The position numbers were made by a program, and so were the translations under genes. Source: Calditrichota bacterium (GTDB taxonomy: Bacteria; Electryoneota; AABM5-125-24; Hatepunaeales; Hatepunaeaceae). From it: 64,000 bases of DNA. Where the stretch lies: assembly GCA_018644935.1 (NCBI GenBank), contig JABGPL010000003.1:19639-83638 (forward strand). The letters are read 5' to 3'. Below, piece after piece: positions 36,607 to 48,026 of this stretch (the stretch's first letter is position 1; each line of letters starts with the position of its first letter). Under the pieces are notes generated by a model. It did not search any database and was not told the origin of the DNA. It saw nothing but the letters and a program-made list of their open reading frames with translations.

Positions 36607-38247
36607 ATGATAAATTTTAATGATTTTTTAGAGCTGCTTCCATTAACAGCCCTGTATGCTGAAACGCATTACCGGTTCCGCTTTTTCCCATTCAGCAGAT
36701 ATTTCAGACGGGAGGCTGAAGTTGTATTCGACACTCCCATCCGACTCGAACCCGGTGTGTCATTGCCCGTCAGCCTAATTATAAAGGACAGCAAGAAGTT
36801 TCCACTGAGAATCATCAATGTTCACCTCCAGGCTACTTCAAAAGGAGTTACCTCCGAGGAGAAGATTCCATTAAACACAGATATCAGTTCATCTTTCTGG
36901 CACAGGATATTTAATCTCGACATCTCTTCATTACCTGATGGAGAAGTTGCAGTTGAAGCAACGGCAGAAGTATCTGATGGAAGGCATACCTGGACAGTTC
37001 AGCAAGACAACCACCCATTACTGTCTCATGCACCTTTTAATGTTTATAAATCAGCAGATCCTATGCCTGCTTTCCCTGAGTGGTCCGCAGGTGAATTACA
37101 CTGTCATAGCGAATTTGGGTTTGATCAGGTTGAATTTGGAGCACCTCTGGAGGTTTACCAGAAATCAGCCCCATCAATGGGGATTGACTGGGTCGCTATA
37201 ACCGATCATTCCTATAATCTGGATGACATGCCAGACGATTATCTGACCGATGATCCAATGTTGCGAAAATGGAAAAATTTTTTAGAAAAAGTCGAGACAC
37301 TTAATCAAACCCGAGTCGGGGCTTTACTGATTCCTGGAGAAGAACTTACATGCAGATCCGCTCTGGGAAAAAATATTCACCTTCTTGTATTAGATAACCT
37401 TGAATTTCTGCATGGAACAGGAGATGGTGCTCAAAAGTGGCTTCATACCCGCAGCGAGAACTCTGTTGCTGAAGCTCTGTCAAAGATCACAGATTCCGCA
37501 TTTACCGCTGCAGCACATCCACTCGTACCGATAAACTGGCTGCAACGATTACTCGTCAGGCGCGGGAGGTGGGAAGACCAAGACCTCAGGCAGGATAAAC
37601 TTATGGGCTGGCAAATATGCAACGGAATGTGGGATAAAGGATTTTATTCTGGGCTAAAAAAATGGATAGAAGAGATTAACAGAGGAAAACGGGTATATAT
37701 TTTTGCCGGTAATGATGCTCACGGAAATTTCAATCGATTTAGACAGATAAAGATTCCAATGTGGACGATGCATGAAAATCAAGACCATCTTTTTGGAAAA
37801 GTAACGACAAGAGTGAGAAGTCGAGGTAGAGTTCGCAAAAATGAAATTATTGAAAACATGAAAGATGGAAAATCCTATATAAGCGATGGTCCGGCGATAG
37901 AATTATCTATTATTCAGAATAACAAAATTTTATTCAGCGGTGATACTGCTGATTCAAACTCAACCGGATCCGTCCGGGTAAGATATAAGTCGTCTCCGGA
38001 ATTCGGTCAACTTCATTTCCTCAAAATCTTAGGTGACGATCAAAACAGAGAAAGCTTGATTAGACAATACACTCCAGAATCGGATCCTTTTTGTAAATCA
38101 TTTAAGGGAGAAATATTACTTCCATTGACAGGTTCAAAATATATCCGGGCAGAAATTGAGACAGAAAACAGCAATGGCAAAAGATACAAGGCTTTTACTA
38201 ATCCAATCTGGATATCAGATGTTGTGTCAACTCATAAATTAGTATAA
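36607..38247 (+). CDS. PHP-domain (CehA/McbA-like) metallo-phosphoesterase family protein
   Basis: GELHCHSEFG and WVAITDHS resemble PHP metal-binding motifs. I prefer ATG 36607, because the track ORF overlaps the deacetylase for 119 nt. Confidence 0.5.
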   Translation: MINFNDFLELLPLTALYAETHYRFRFFPFSRYFRREAEVVFDTPIRLEPGVSLPVSLIIKDSKKFPLRIINVHLQATSKGVTSEEKIPLNTDISSSFWHRIFNLDISSLPDGEVAVEATAEVSDGRHTWTVQQDNHPLLSHAPFNVYKSADPMPAFPEWSAGELHCHSEFGFDQVEFGAPLEVYQKSAPSMGIDWVAITDHSYNLDDMPDDYLTDDPMLRKWKNFLEKVETLNQTRVGALLIPGEELTCRSALGKNIHLLVLDNLEFLHGTGDGAQKWLHTRSENSVAEALSKITDSAFTAAAHPLVPINWLQRLLVRRGRWEDQDLRQDKLMGWQICNGMWDKGFYSGLKKWIEEINRGKRVYIFAGNDAHGNFNRFRQIKIPMWTMHENQDHLFGKVTTRVRSRGRVRKNEIIENMKDGKSYISDGPAIELSIIQNNKILFSGDTADSNSTGSVRVRYKSSPEFGQLHFLKILGDDQNRESLIRQYTPESDPFCKSFKGEILLPLTGSKYIRAEIETENSNGKRYKAFTNPIWISDVVSTHKLV

Positions 38248-38304
38248 ACCATGTGTTAAATATATTTAATATTATTAATTAATTTTAATTATAGCATTCA
38301 GTGC

Positions 38305-38333
38305 TTGACAATTGTGCTGTGTAAAGGTAAATT
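38305..38333 (+). promoter_or_regulatory. candidate sigma70-type dnaA promoter TTGACA-17-TAAATT
   Basis: TTGACA at 38305-38310, a 17-nt spacer, TAAATT at 38328-38333, about 55 nt upstream of the dnaA ATG. It is preceded by an AT-only stretch (38256-38295). Pattern match only. Confidence 0.35.
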
Positions 38334-38389
38334 CATGTGTTCTTCATTTACAATGTCACATCCACCATAATAACAACAGGTTAACTTTA

Positions 38390-39778
38390 ATGCTGAATCC
38401 TGTTTCTCGGCTCGAATCAAGCCCGGAAAACATTTGGAAAAATATTTGCGACCAACTTCAGAAAAAACTTCAACCAAGATGTTTTTTGACCTGGTTTAAT
38501 CCAATCGAAGCTATTTCTTTCGAGGATAATCTTTTAAAACTGCGTGTTCCAAGTCGATTTTATTGTGACTGGATCGAGGCACACTACAGCGAAAATTTGC
38601 GAGATGCTGTTTCCGCAGCTTTTGGTGATGTTCTCCAGCTTAAATACATTATCGCCAAAAAAGGCGATAAACAAAAGCAGCAGTATGAAGAGGAGATCGT
38701 TGAAGAAAAATCAAGCGTAGCGACTAGAAAAATATCTGTTTCCTTCAAGACGAACCTAAATCCTCATTACACCTTCGATAGTTTTATTGAGGGAGATTGC
38801 AACCGTTTTGCATACGCGGCAGCAACCTCAATAGCAAATAATCCCAGCAACTCTACCTTTAACCCTCATTTGATTTATGGTGGTTCTGGATTGGGCAAGA
38901 CACACCTTATACAAGGTATCGGCAATTTCATCACAAAAGATAAGCCGCACCTTCGGGTACTGTATGTAACTGGCGAACAATTTACTATTGATTTTGTTCA
39001 ATCGTTAAGAAAAAGCAAAATAGACTCTTTCAATCATCTATATAGAACAGTGGATGTGCTGTTACTCGATGATGTCCAGTTTTTTATGGCAAAAGAAAGA
39101 ACACAAGAAGAATTCTTTCACACCTTTAATACCCTCCACCAGGCTGGAAAGCAACTTGTGTTTTCTTCGGACAGACCTCCAAGGGAGTTAAAGGAATTCG
39201 ATGAACGTTTGATAAGCAGACTTCAATGGGGTCTGATCAGTGAAGTTCATATTCCTGATTATGAAACGCGATTGGCTATATTGAAAGATTTGATGGAAAA
39301 AAACAGCTTTGAATTTCCAGAAAACATCGTTCAGTTTTTGGCAATAAATGTAACAGACAACGTAAGAACATTACATGGTGTTTTTACACATTTATTGGCA
39401 CAAACCTCTTTCATTGGACAGGAAATTACAATAGATCTGGCTAAAAAAGTCGTTTCAAATTTCGTCACCAAACCTCAACATCAATTGTCAATTCATCGCA
39501 TTCAAGAAATTATTGCAGATGAAATGAATGTTCCATGTGACCTGTTAATCTCTAAAACAAGAAAGAAAGAAATAGTTCAGGCCAGACAGATTGCAATGTT
39601 CTTTTGTACTGAATTCACATCTCAGACATTGAAAACAATCGGTTTGCAATTTGGAGGAAGAGATCATACAACAGTTATATACGCTCGAGAAAAAATTCAG
39701 GAACTAATGAACGCTCAAAAACGTTTTTTAGAGACTATGAATGAAATGCGACAACAAATCGAGCTTGCATCTGTTTAG
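38390..39778 (+). CDS. dnaA: chromosomal replication initiator protein DnaA
   Basis: Walker A GGSGLGKTHL, LLLDDVQF, SSDRPP, and the C-terminal DNA-binding RQIAMFF...GGRDHTTV. I prefer ATG 38390 (MLNPVSRLESSPENIWKNI) to the track start. Confidence 0.95.
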   Translation: MLNPVSRLESSPENIWKNICDQLQKKLQPRCFLTWFNPIEAISFEDNLLKLRVPSRFYCDWIEAHYSENLRDAVSAAFGDVLQLKYIIAKKGDKQKQQYEEEIVEEKSSVATRKISVSFKTNLNPHYTFDSFIEGDCNRFAYAAATSIANNPSNSTFNPHLIYGGSGLGKTHLIQGIGNFITKDKPHLRVLYVTGEQFTIDFVQSLRKSKIDSFNHLYRTVDVLLLDDVQFFMAKERTQEEFFHTFNTLHQAGKQLVFSSDRPPRELKEFDERLISRLQWGLISEVHIPDYETRLAILKDLMEKNSFEFPENIVQFLAINVTDNVRTLHGVFTHLLAQTSFIGQEITIDLAKKVVSNFVTKPQHQLSIHRIQEIIADEMNVPCDLLISKTRKKEIVQARQIAMFFCTEFTSQTLKTIGLQFGGRDHTTVIYAREKIQELMNAQKRFLETMNEMRQQIELASV

Positions 39779-40141
39779 AATATAATTTATTTACATTTTA
39801 AACAGGATTATTATTACTTATTTGTTTTATATTCAAATACTTGTATACTGAGTTTAGAGTTATACACATATTAACAAGCTTGTTGTTAATATGTGTTACT
39901 GCCTTGTTGGTAAATGAACGATTTGGAAATGTTGTGAATACTGACAACATTTTATACACAGATAAATGGAGAAATTCACTCTCTCGCCAACAATTTTGAA
40001 CTACGACTTGTTTGCATACAAGCGTTTAATTATTATGATATAGTCGGAACGCCAGCAGATGTTATTAACATTTCAACAGGCCTTACAAAGTACTACAAAA
40101 TTTTTAAATATCTTTCTTTTTTAAGATTGAAAGGATAAAAG
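39779..40141. other. candidate oriC segment (DnaA boxes plus AT-rich region) between dnaA and dnaN
   Basis: 363-bp non-coding gap. TTATACACA occurs at 39860-39868 and 39952-39960 (one mismatch to TTATCCACA). A weaker inverted box TGTGAATAC lies at 39933-39941, and TTATTAACA at 40062-40070. A 14-bp inverted repeat ACACATATTAACAA/TTGTTAATATGTGT lies at about 39864-39896. 39781-39850 is almost pure A/T. Confidence 0.6.
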
Positions 40142-41260
40142 ATGAGATTCACCTTCTCACAAGTTTCAATGATGAAAGGACTCCAAAGAGTCATGGGGGC
40201 AATTGCCACTCGAGTGCCAATGCCTTCACTGAGTAACCTGCAAATGAAACTTGAAGGAAAGAAATTAGAAATAACAGCGACAGATCTTGATACTACAATT
40301 ACAGCTCAGGTGGAATTGATAGACGCAGAAGGTTCAGGTGGTGTCCTGGTTCAAGCAAAACGATTTCAGGAATTGATCAGAGAATTGCCTGATGTACCAC
40401 TGGAAGTTAATGTTCCAGAAGACGGAAAAGTTTTATTAGGAGGCGAAGGTGTAGGTAATTACATTCTTCCCGGTGGAGATCCCGTTGAATTTCCTGAGTT
40501 GCCTGCAGTTGATGCGAAGGTCACATTTACTATTAAGGCTGAAGACATCAGACGGATGGTTTCAAAGACAATATTTGCTGTTTCAAATGATGAAATGAGA
40601 CCTGTACTGACTGGTATTCTTTTACAGGTTAGATCTGAAGAAATGAGAATGGTAGCAACGGATGGGCACAGACTTTCCAAGATTATCCATAGAAACATTG
40701 GATATAGTGGCGAACCGATTGACGTTATCGTTCCCATGAAAGCGTTAAATTTAGTGATGAGAAATCTACAGGACGACGATGAACCTGAAATAGCCCTTGC
40801 AGAATCGAGAGCTTCGTTTACCACAAAAAGTCAGCGATTGGTAACAAGATTAATTGATGGTCATTATCCTCGATATGAGAGTGTAATTCCTGAAGCAAAT
40901 CCGGGACGAATGAACCTTAGAACATCTGATCTGATGTCAGCTGTCAGAAGGGTATCAATATTTGCAAGCCAGATTTCGCGACAGATAAGGTTAAAAATTG
41001 ATACAACATCAATCAGGCTTGAATCGGAAGATCAGGAACTAGGTGGAAAAGCAGATGAGTTAGTTTCTGTATCTTACGATGCGGAACCGATGGAAATAGC
41101 TTATAATGCCGCGTACCTGATGGATGTATTGAAGCAGATTGATACGGAAGATGCTGTTTTTGAAATGGGCGCAGATGATGATGCTGCTATTGTTAAGCCA
41201 ACGACCCAGGAAGAAAATGAAGAATTTATTATGCTTTTAATGCCGATAAGATTAAAGTGA
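40142..41260 (+). CDS. dnaN: DNA polymerase III beta sliding clamp
   Basis: 372-aa ORF directly after dnaA. ATDGHRL, the three-domain length and the C-terminal LLMPIRL are typical. Confidence 0.95.
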   Translation: MRFTFSQVSMMKGLQRVMGAIATRVPMPSLSNLQMKLEGKKLEITATDLDTTITAQVELIDAEGSGGVLVQAKRFQELIRELPDVPLEVNVPEDGKVLLGGEGVGNYILPGGDPVEFPELPAVDAKVTFTIKAEDIRRMVSKTIFAVSNDEMRPVLTGILLQVRSEEMRMVATDGHRLSKIIHRNIGYSGEPIDVIVPMKALNLVMRNLQDDDEPEIALAESRASFTTKSQRLVTRLIDGHYPRYESVIPEANPGRMNLRTSDLMSAVRRVSIFASQISRQIRLKIDTTSIRLESEDQELGGKADELVSVSYDAEPMEIAYNAAYLMDVLKQIDTEDAVFEMGADDDAAIVKPTTQEENEEFIMLLMPIRLK

Positions 41261-41285
41261 CAAATCATTATACTCTAGATAAATT

Positions 41286-41319
41286 CGACCCGTTCAGTTC
41301 TGGACGGGTCGTTCTTTTT
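41286..41319 (+). terminator. rho-independent terminator after dnaN
   Basis: CGACCCGT-TCAGTTCTGG-ACGGGTCG followed by TTCTTTTT. Confidence 0.7.
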
Positions 41320-41365
41320 AGTCCCACACGTACTGGAATAATCACATTTCCCTCCACTAAGAAAT

Positions 41366-41758
41366 ATGAAAAAAGATACTTCAAAATCGCTTTTTAGATT
41401 TTCAAAAGAAGAAAAACAAGAGAAAACTAAAAAACGATATGGTTATATAACATGGGAAAAAGAAGCACCTCGAATTTCAAATACAAGAACAATTGGATCT
41501 ACTTTTTCAAAGTTGTTTCAACATATGGGAATGTCGGAGAGAATTGTTGAACAACAGGCGGTAATTATTTGGCCGGAGGTGGTTGGAAAGCACATAGCAA
41601 ACGCATCTGAAGCAATTTCGATAAAGGATGGAATATTAACGATATCCGTAAAAAATCCTTCCTGGAAAACTGAGCTGAAATATATGAAAAAGGATATATG
41701 TAAAAAGCTCAATAAAACTCTTGGCAGATTAGTTGTTTCAGATATCAAAATTAAGTAA
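41366..41758 (+). CDS. DUF721 / DciA-like protein
   Basis: 130-aa ORF between dnaN and gyrB. WPEVVGKHIANASEAISIKDGILTISVKNPSWKTELKYMKKDICKKLN matches the DUF721 pattern and its typical location. Confidence 0.7.
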   Translation: MKKDTSKSLFRFSKEEKQEKTKKRYGYITWEKEAPRISNTRTIGSTFSKLFQHMGMSERIVEQQAVIIWPEVVGKHIANASEAISIKDGILTISVKNPSWKTELKYMKKDICKKLNKTLGRLVVSDIKIK

Positions 41759-41798
41759 TTTGACTAAGTTACGCGGTTAATTTTCAAAATCAGGTTAG

Positions 41799-44216
<2,418 letters not shown>

Positions 44217-44277
44217 ACCTTTACGGGTAGAACCGTATGGGGATTTAAGTAATTGTATGGTTTGAAAGCAATAGTTG

Positions 44278-44312
44278 ACAGGCAGACACATTTTGTCTGC
44301 CTGTTGAGTTTC
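44278..44312 (+). terminator. probable terminator after gyrB
   Basis: ACAGGCAGACA-CATTT-TGTCTGCCTGT followed by TGAGTTTCT. The U-tract is weak. Confidence 0.5.
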
Positions 44313-44435
44313 TGGGCATAAAAGGCTGCACGGGATAACTTAATTAATGTTGGAAGACGCCCTCGTTTGCCAGTATAGATCTTCACAAATACACCTTTTC
44401 GAAAACCGCCCATAAAAAACAAACGAAAAACTAGA

Positions 44436-45146
44436 ATGCCTGAACCAGAACCACTAATTTTATCAATTGAAACCGCAACTTCCGCTTGCTCAGTTGCTTT
44501 GATCCGGGATGGATACATAATAGGATCAGAGTCTGTTGATATTTGGCAACGTCACAATGAGGTTCTTCCGCTTATTGTTGAACGGTTATTGAAAGCCTGT
44601 GAATCCTCATATCCTGAAATCAATGCCGTTGCTGTTTCGATAGGACCGGGATCATTTACTGGCTTAAGGGTCGGCCTATCCTATGCGAAGGGCATTGCCG
44701 TAGGGGCTGGAATTGGGGTAATCCCTGTAAACACGCTCGATGCGCTTGCGTTGACAATTTCCAGTGAAAAAGGCAATGGAAGCTTTTTGCCGATGGTCAC
44801 CGCGAGACGTGATGAGGTCTTTGGTTGTCTTTATGAAAAAGTGGACAATGACAATTTTCCGGCTGCTAAAGGTGACGTTTTTATGGGGGGTATTGAAAAA
44901 GTAGTCGGTATAAGTGGAAATCAAATCCAGCTTTGTGGACCCGGTTGTGATGCACTGGGCGAGAGCCTTTCGCAGCAAATACCCGGAAATATGTCAATCA
45001 TCAATGGGGTGACAGCGCAGGCTGATTCGGTAGGTCTAATTGGTTACCGAAAGTGGACGACTAATCCTAAGGAGTTTTCAGATTTTCAGGACCTAGAACC
45101 ACAGTACCTGAAAGAATTCACCGTTAAAACCAAAAAAAGTCAATGA
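44436..45146 (+). CDS. tsaB: tRNA threonylcarbamoyladenosine (t6A) biosynthesis protein TsaB
   Basis: ILSIETATSACSVAL...AVAVSIGPGSFTGLRVGLSYAKG is the TsaB/YeaZ signature. Confidence 0.85.
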   Translation: MPEPEPLILSIETATSACSVALIRDGYIIGSESVDIWQRHNEVLPLIVERLLKACESSYPEINAVAVSIGPGSFTGLRVGLSYAKGIAVGAGIGVIPVNTLDALALTISSEKGNGSFLPMVTARRDEVFGCLYEKVDNDNFPAAKGDVFMGGIEKVVGISGNQIQLCGPGCDALGESLSQQIPGNMSIINGVTAQADSVGLIGYRKWTTNPKEFSDFQDLEPQYLKEFTVKTKKSQ

Positions 45147-45844
45147 GAAATAGAATAAAAGTTCTTGTGATTTTTGCATTCCTATTTTCTCTTTTTAATC
45201 ATACTACAGCTCAACCCAATAAAATGATTCAACTACCAGCACCTGATCAGGAAAGCTCTAATTCCCTCGAAAAATTGATTTCACAGCGACGTAGCTTTCG
45301 AGATTTTTCAGCAGGATCTTTATCACTATCGGAAATTTCACAAGTACTCTGGGCAGCTCAGGGTATCACTTCAAAGGTCGTGATTCCTGAACGTGAAATA
45401 ATGCTGCGGTCCATACCTTCAGCCGGAGCATTATATCCCCTCGAGGTATTTGCAGTTGTTAAAAGAGTCGATGATCTTGATCCGGGAATTTACCGGTACG
45501 TTCCCGGCCCTGGCATCAGGGAACATTCTCTCGCTCAGATCCTGAGCGGAGATATGAACGAAAATCTCGCCGATGCGACCCTTGGTCAAGATTGTATTAA
45601 GAATTGCGCAGTTGCAATAATAATCAGCTCAGTTGATAATCGAGTTGCGGTGAAATACGGGGAGAGAGCGCACATGTACTGCCTGATTGAGACCGGGCAT
45701 GCCGGGCAGAACATCTGTTTGCAGTCTAATTCCCTCGGATTGGGAGCTGTGACGGTTGGTGCCTTTAATGATAAAAGGCTCAAAAGACTGATTGGACACG
45801 AGGCGGAACCGTATTATATTGTTTGTATCGGAAAAAAAGATTAA
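45143..45844 (+). CDS. SagB/ThcOx-type nitroreductase-fold dehydrogenase with N-terminal signal-like peptide
   Basis: RRSFRDFS...LSLSEISQVLWAAQG...PSAGALYPLEVF...GHAGQN. The N-terminus VLVIFAFLFSLFNHTTAQ looks like a signal peptide. ATGA overlap with tsaB. Confidence 0.65.
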   Translation: MRNRIKVLVIFAFLFSLFNHTTAQPNKMIQLPAPDQESSNSLEKLISQRRSFRDFSAGSLSLSEISQVLWAAQGITSKVVIPEREIMLRSIPSAGALYPLEVFAVVKRVDDLDPGIYRYVPGPGIREHSLAQILSGDMNENLADATLGQDCIKNCAVAIIISSVDNRVAVKYGERAHMYCLIETGHAGQNICLQSNSLGLGAVTVGAFNDKRLKRLIGHEAEPYYIVCIGKKD

Positions 45845-45857
45845 TCACGCTAACTGA

Positions 45858-46703
45858 ATGGAAATCTTCCACATTGGTTTCTTGTCCGTGGGAATCATCG
45901 ATATGCTCGATGTTTTTGCGGTTACAGTTGTTTTTTATCAGGTCTACCGGATAGTCCGCGGGACACGTGCGACGCAAATGTTCGCCGGACTGTTGATACT
46001 CCTCGCTGCCGGATCCATCGCACAGGTCGTTGGCATGAGTGGTATGACATGGTTAATTCAATCCATTGGTGCTGTCTGGGTGATTGCATTTGTGATCTTG
46101 TTCCAACCGGAACTCAGAAGAACTCTGATGCGAATTGGTCAGATCGGAGTTCTGCGTTCTCTTTTCCAAACCAGTGGTGAACGAGTTCTCCTTGCGGTAA
46201 CTAAGGCTTCAATGGACCTTTCTCGCCGTCGATTCGGTGGGTTGCTGGTTCTCCAGCGGACAACGGGTATCAGGGGTATTTTGGAGACAGGGGTTCAGCT
46301 TCAGGCGGAAGTCAGTGCTGATTTGCTGGTTTCCCTTTTTTACCCCCGTTCCCCACTACATGATGGCGCGGTAATAATTTTTGGGGATACTATTGTCGCA
46401 GCAAGGTGCATTCTCCCGCTATCAACCAGCATCATCGAAGACGAATCACTAGGAACTCGTCACAGAGCTGCAATTGGTGTCACGGAAGAAGTTGATGCTG
46501 TTGCAGTTGTCGTTTCTGAGGAAACGGGAGCGGTCTCAATTGTTTGCAATGGATCTTTTGTCGGTAGAGATTTAGATAGCCAGACGCTCCAGGCAGAATT
46601 GACCAAGCTGATGTATCCAAAAATCACTGCAGCAAAGACGGAAACGGTTAATCCACCGGAAATGGAGCAAACTGCACAGGCAAATCCTCATGCAGGGAGT
46701 TAA
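45858..46703 (+). CDS. cdaA: diadenylate cyclase CdaA (c-di-AMP synthase)
   Basis: Three N-terminal TM helices, then DAC-domain motifs GGLLVLQ, PLHDGAVII, GTRHRAA and VVVSEETGAVS. Confidence 0.9.
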   Translation: MEIFHIGFLSVGIIDMLDVFAVTVVFYQVYRIVRGTRATQMFAGLLILLAAGSIAQVVGMSGMTWLIQSIGAVWVIAFVILFQPELRRTLMRIGQIGVLRSLFQTSGERVLLAVTKASMDLSRRRFGGLLVLQRTTGIRGILETGVQLQAEVSADLLVSLFYPRSPLHDGAVIIFGDTIVAARCILPLSTSIIEDESLGTRHRAAIGVTEEVDAVAVVVSEETGAVSIVCNGSFVGRDLDSQTLQAELTKLMYPKITAAKTETVNPPEMEQTAQANPHAGS

Positions 46704-46712
46704 AATAGCCAA

Positions 46713-48026
46713 TTGAATCTTGCTCACCATTTCAAGCTGGTTAGCTGGGCGGCGGCATCAAAAATCCCACCCGTAATATACGGTTTTGTTTTTCTCTTTG
46801 TTTTAATGACCTCGCTTTCTCCCTCCGAGCATGGTCAATATGCAACAGTTTACTACTTCTTCACAATAATCACACTTCTCGTAAAATTCCTGATTTTCCA
46901 CCCAATGATACACTTTGCCTCTGCGCCCGGTAGATTTGAGAGAGTAACAAGGATCGGCTTCCAGTTAAGTGGGTTGTTTTATATTCTTTTCGGGTTGATA
47001 ATCTGGTTTTCGGCTCCAGTAATCTCGGAGATGTGGAGGATTCCAGTTAACCTTGTCAGGATTGCGCCTCTATTGATGGCTGCAATTTTTTTCAGAGAGC
47101 TTGGTTATTGCATTCAGCAAACACGTTTTAATACAAAAAATCTATTTATCATTGAATCGGTGTATTTCCTGGGTTCTGCTTCCGGGTTCGTTGTTTTAGC
47201 ATCGATGGGAAAATTGACAACAGCCTATTCGGCTTTAGCGGTACACCTCTACGCAGCGATCGCTTCGACAATGGTTGTATTGATTACCGGATTTCGGGGT
47301 ACGAAATTGTTTGGCAGGATTTACCTGTCCGAGATAAAAGAATTGCTACAGTACGGATGGACGACGCTTGGAATAGGCTTTTCTGGATTCATTATGAGCG
47401 CTGGAGCTGATGTTTTATTGTTCGGTGCAATTTTCACACAAAAAGAGGTTGGCTTTTATAACGGAGCCAAGCATGCGTACAGAATGCTGTCGAATATCTC
47501 ACAGGCAGTGGCTCTTGTGATTATGCCCTACGCATCCCAGTTGATTGCACAAAAACGTTTTAGTGAATTGAAAGCGACCTATGAAAAGGTCATAGGATAT
47601 ATTGTTGCAATTGCTCTAACGATCTGTTCTGTGGGGTGGCTGATTGCAGGATGGGTTTACGGTAGTTTATTTAAAGGTGAATATGTTGAATCCACGCCGA
47701 TATTGAGGTTATTACTTGTTGGTGCAACGTTTGAGGCAATTTATACGATATCAGCGAATATACTCTACGGGGCGGGTTATGCAGGATCGGTGGCAATGAT
47801 ATCTCTAATAACTGTTGCGATCTGGCTCGTAGTTTCAATACCGGGGATATATTTCTGGGGTGGAATGGGAGCAGCTCTGGGATTGACCGTCGCGATGATA
47901 TTTGCAGGAATTATGCAGCACAAAATCGCAGCCGAAAGATTTGACACTAACTTCGAAAATATTGCGGGACGTTTGGGCAGAAACATATCATCGATTTTCA
48001 AGATTTTAAAATCCAGAAATCACTGA
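46713..48026 (+). CDS. MOP-superfamily polysaccharide/oligosaccharide flippase (Wzx-like)
   Basis: 437-aa ORF with a TTG start and about 12 or more TM helices. It lies next to a GT2 gene. The family call rests on topology and context. Confidence 0.55.
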   Translation: MNLAHHFKLVSWAAASKIPPVIYGFVFLFVLMTSLSPSEHGQYATVYYFFTIITLLVKFLIFHPMIHFASAPGRFERVTRIGFQLSGLFYILFGLIIWFSAPVISEMWRIPVNLVRIAPLLMAAIFFRELGYCIQQTRFNTKNLFIIESVYFLGSASGFVVLASMGKLTTAYSALAVHLYAAIASTMVVLITGFRGTKLFGRIYLSEIKELLQYGWTTLGIGFSGFIMSAGADVLLFGAIFTQKEVGFYNGAKHAYRMLSNISQAVALVIMPYASQLIAQKRFSELKATYEKVIGYIVAIALTICSVGWLIAGWVYGSLFKGEYVESTPILRLLLVGATFEAIYTISANILYGAGYAGSVAMISLITVAIWLVVSIPGIYFWGGMGAALGLTVAMIFAGIMQHKIAAERFDTNFENIAGRLGRNISSIFKILKSRNH

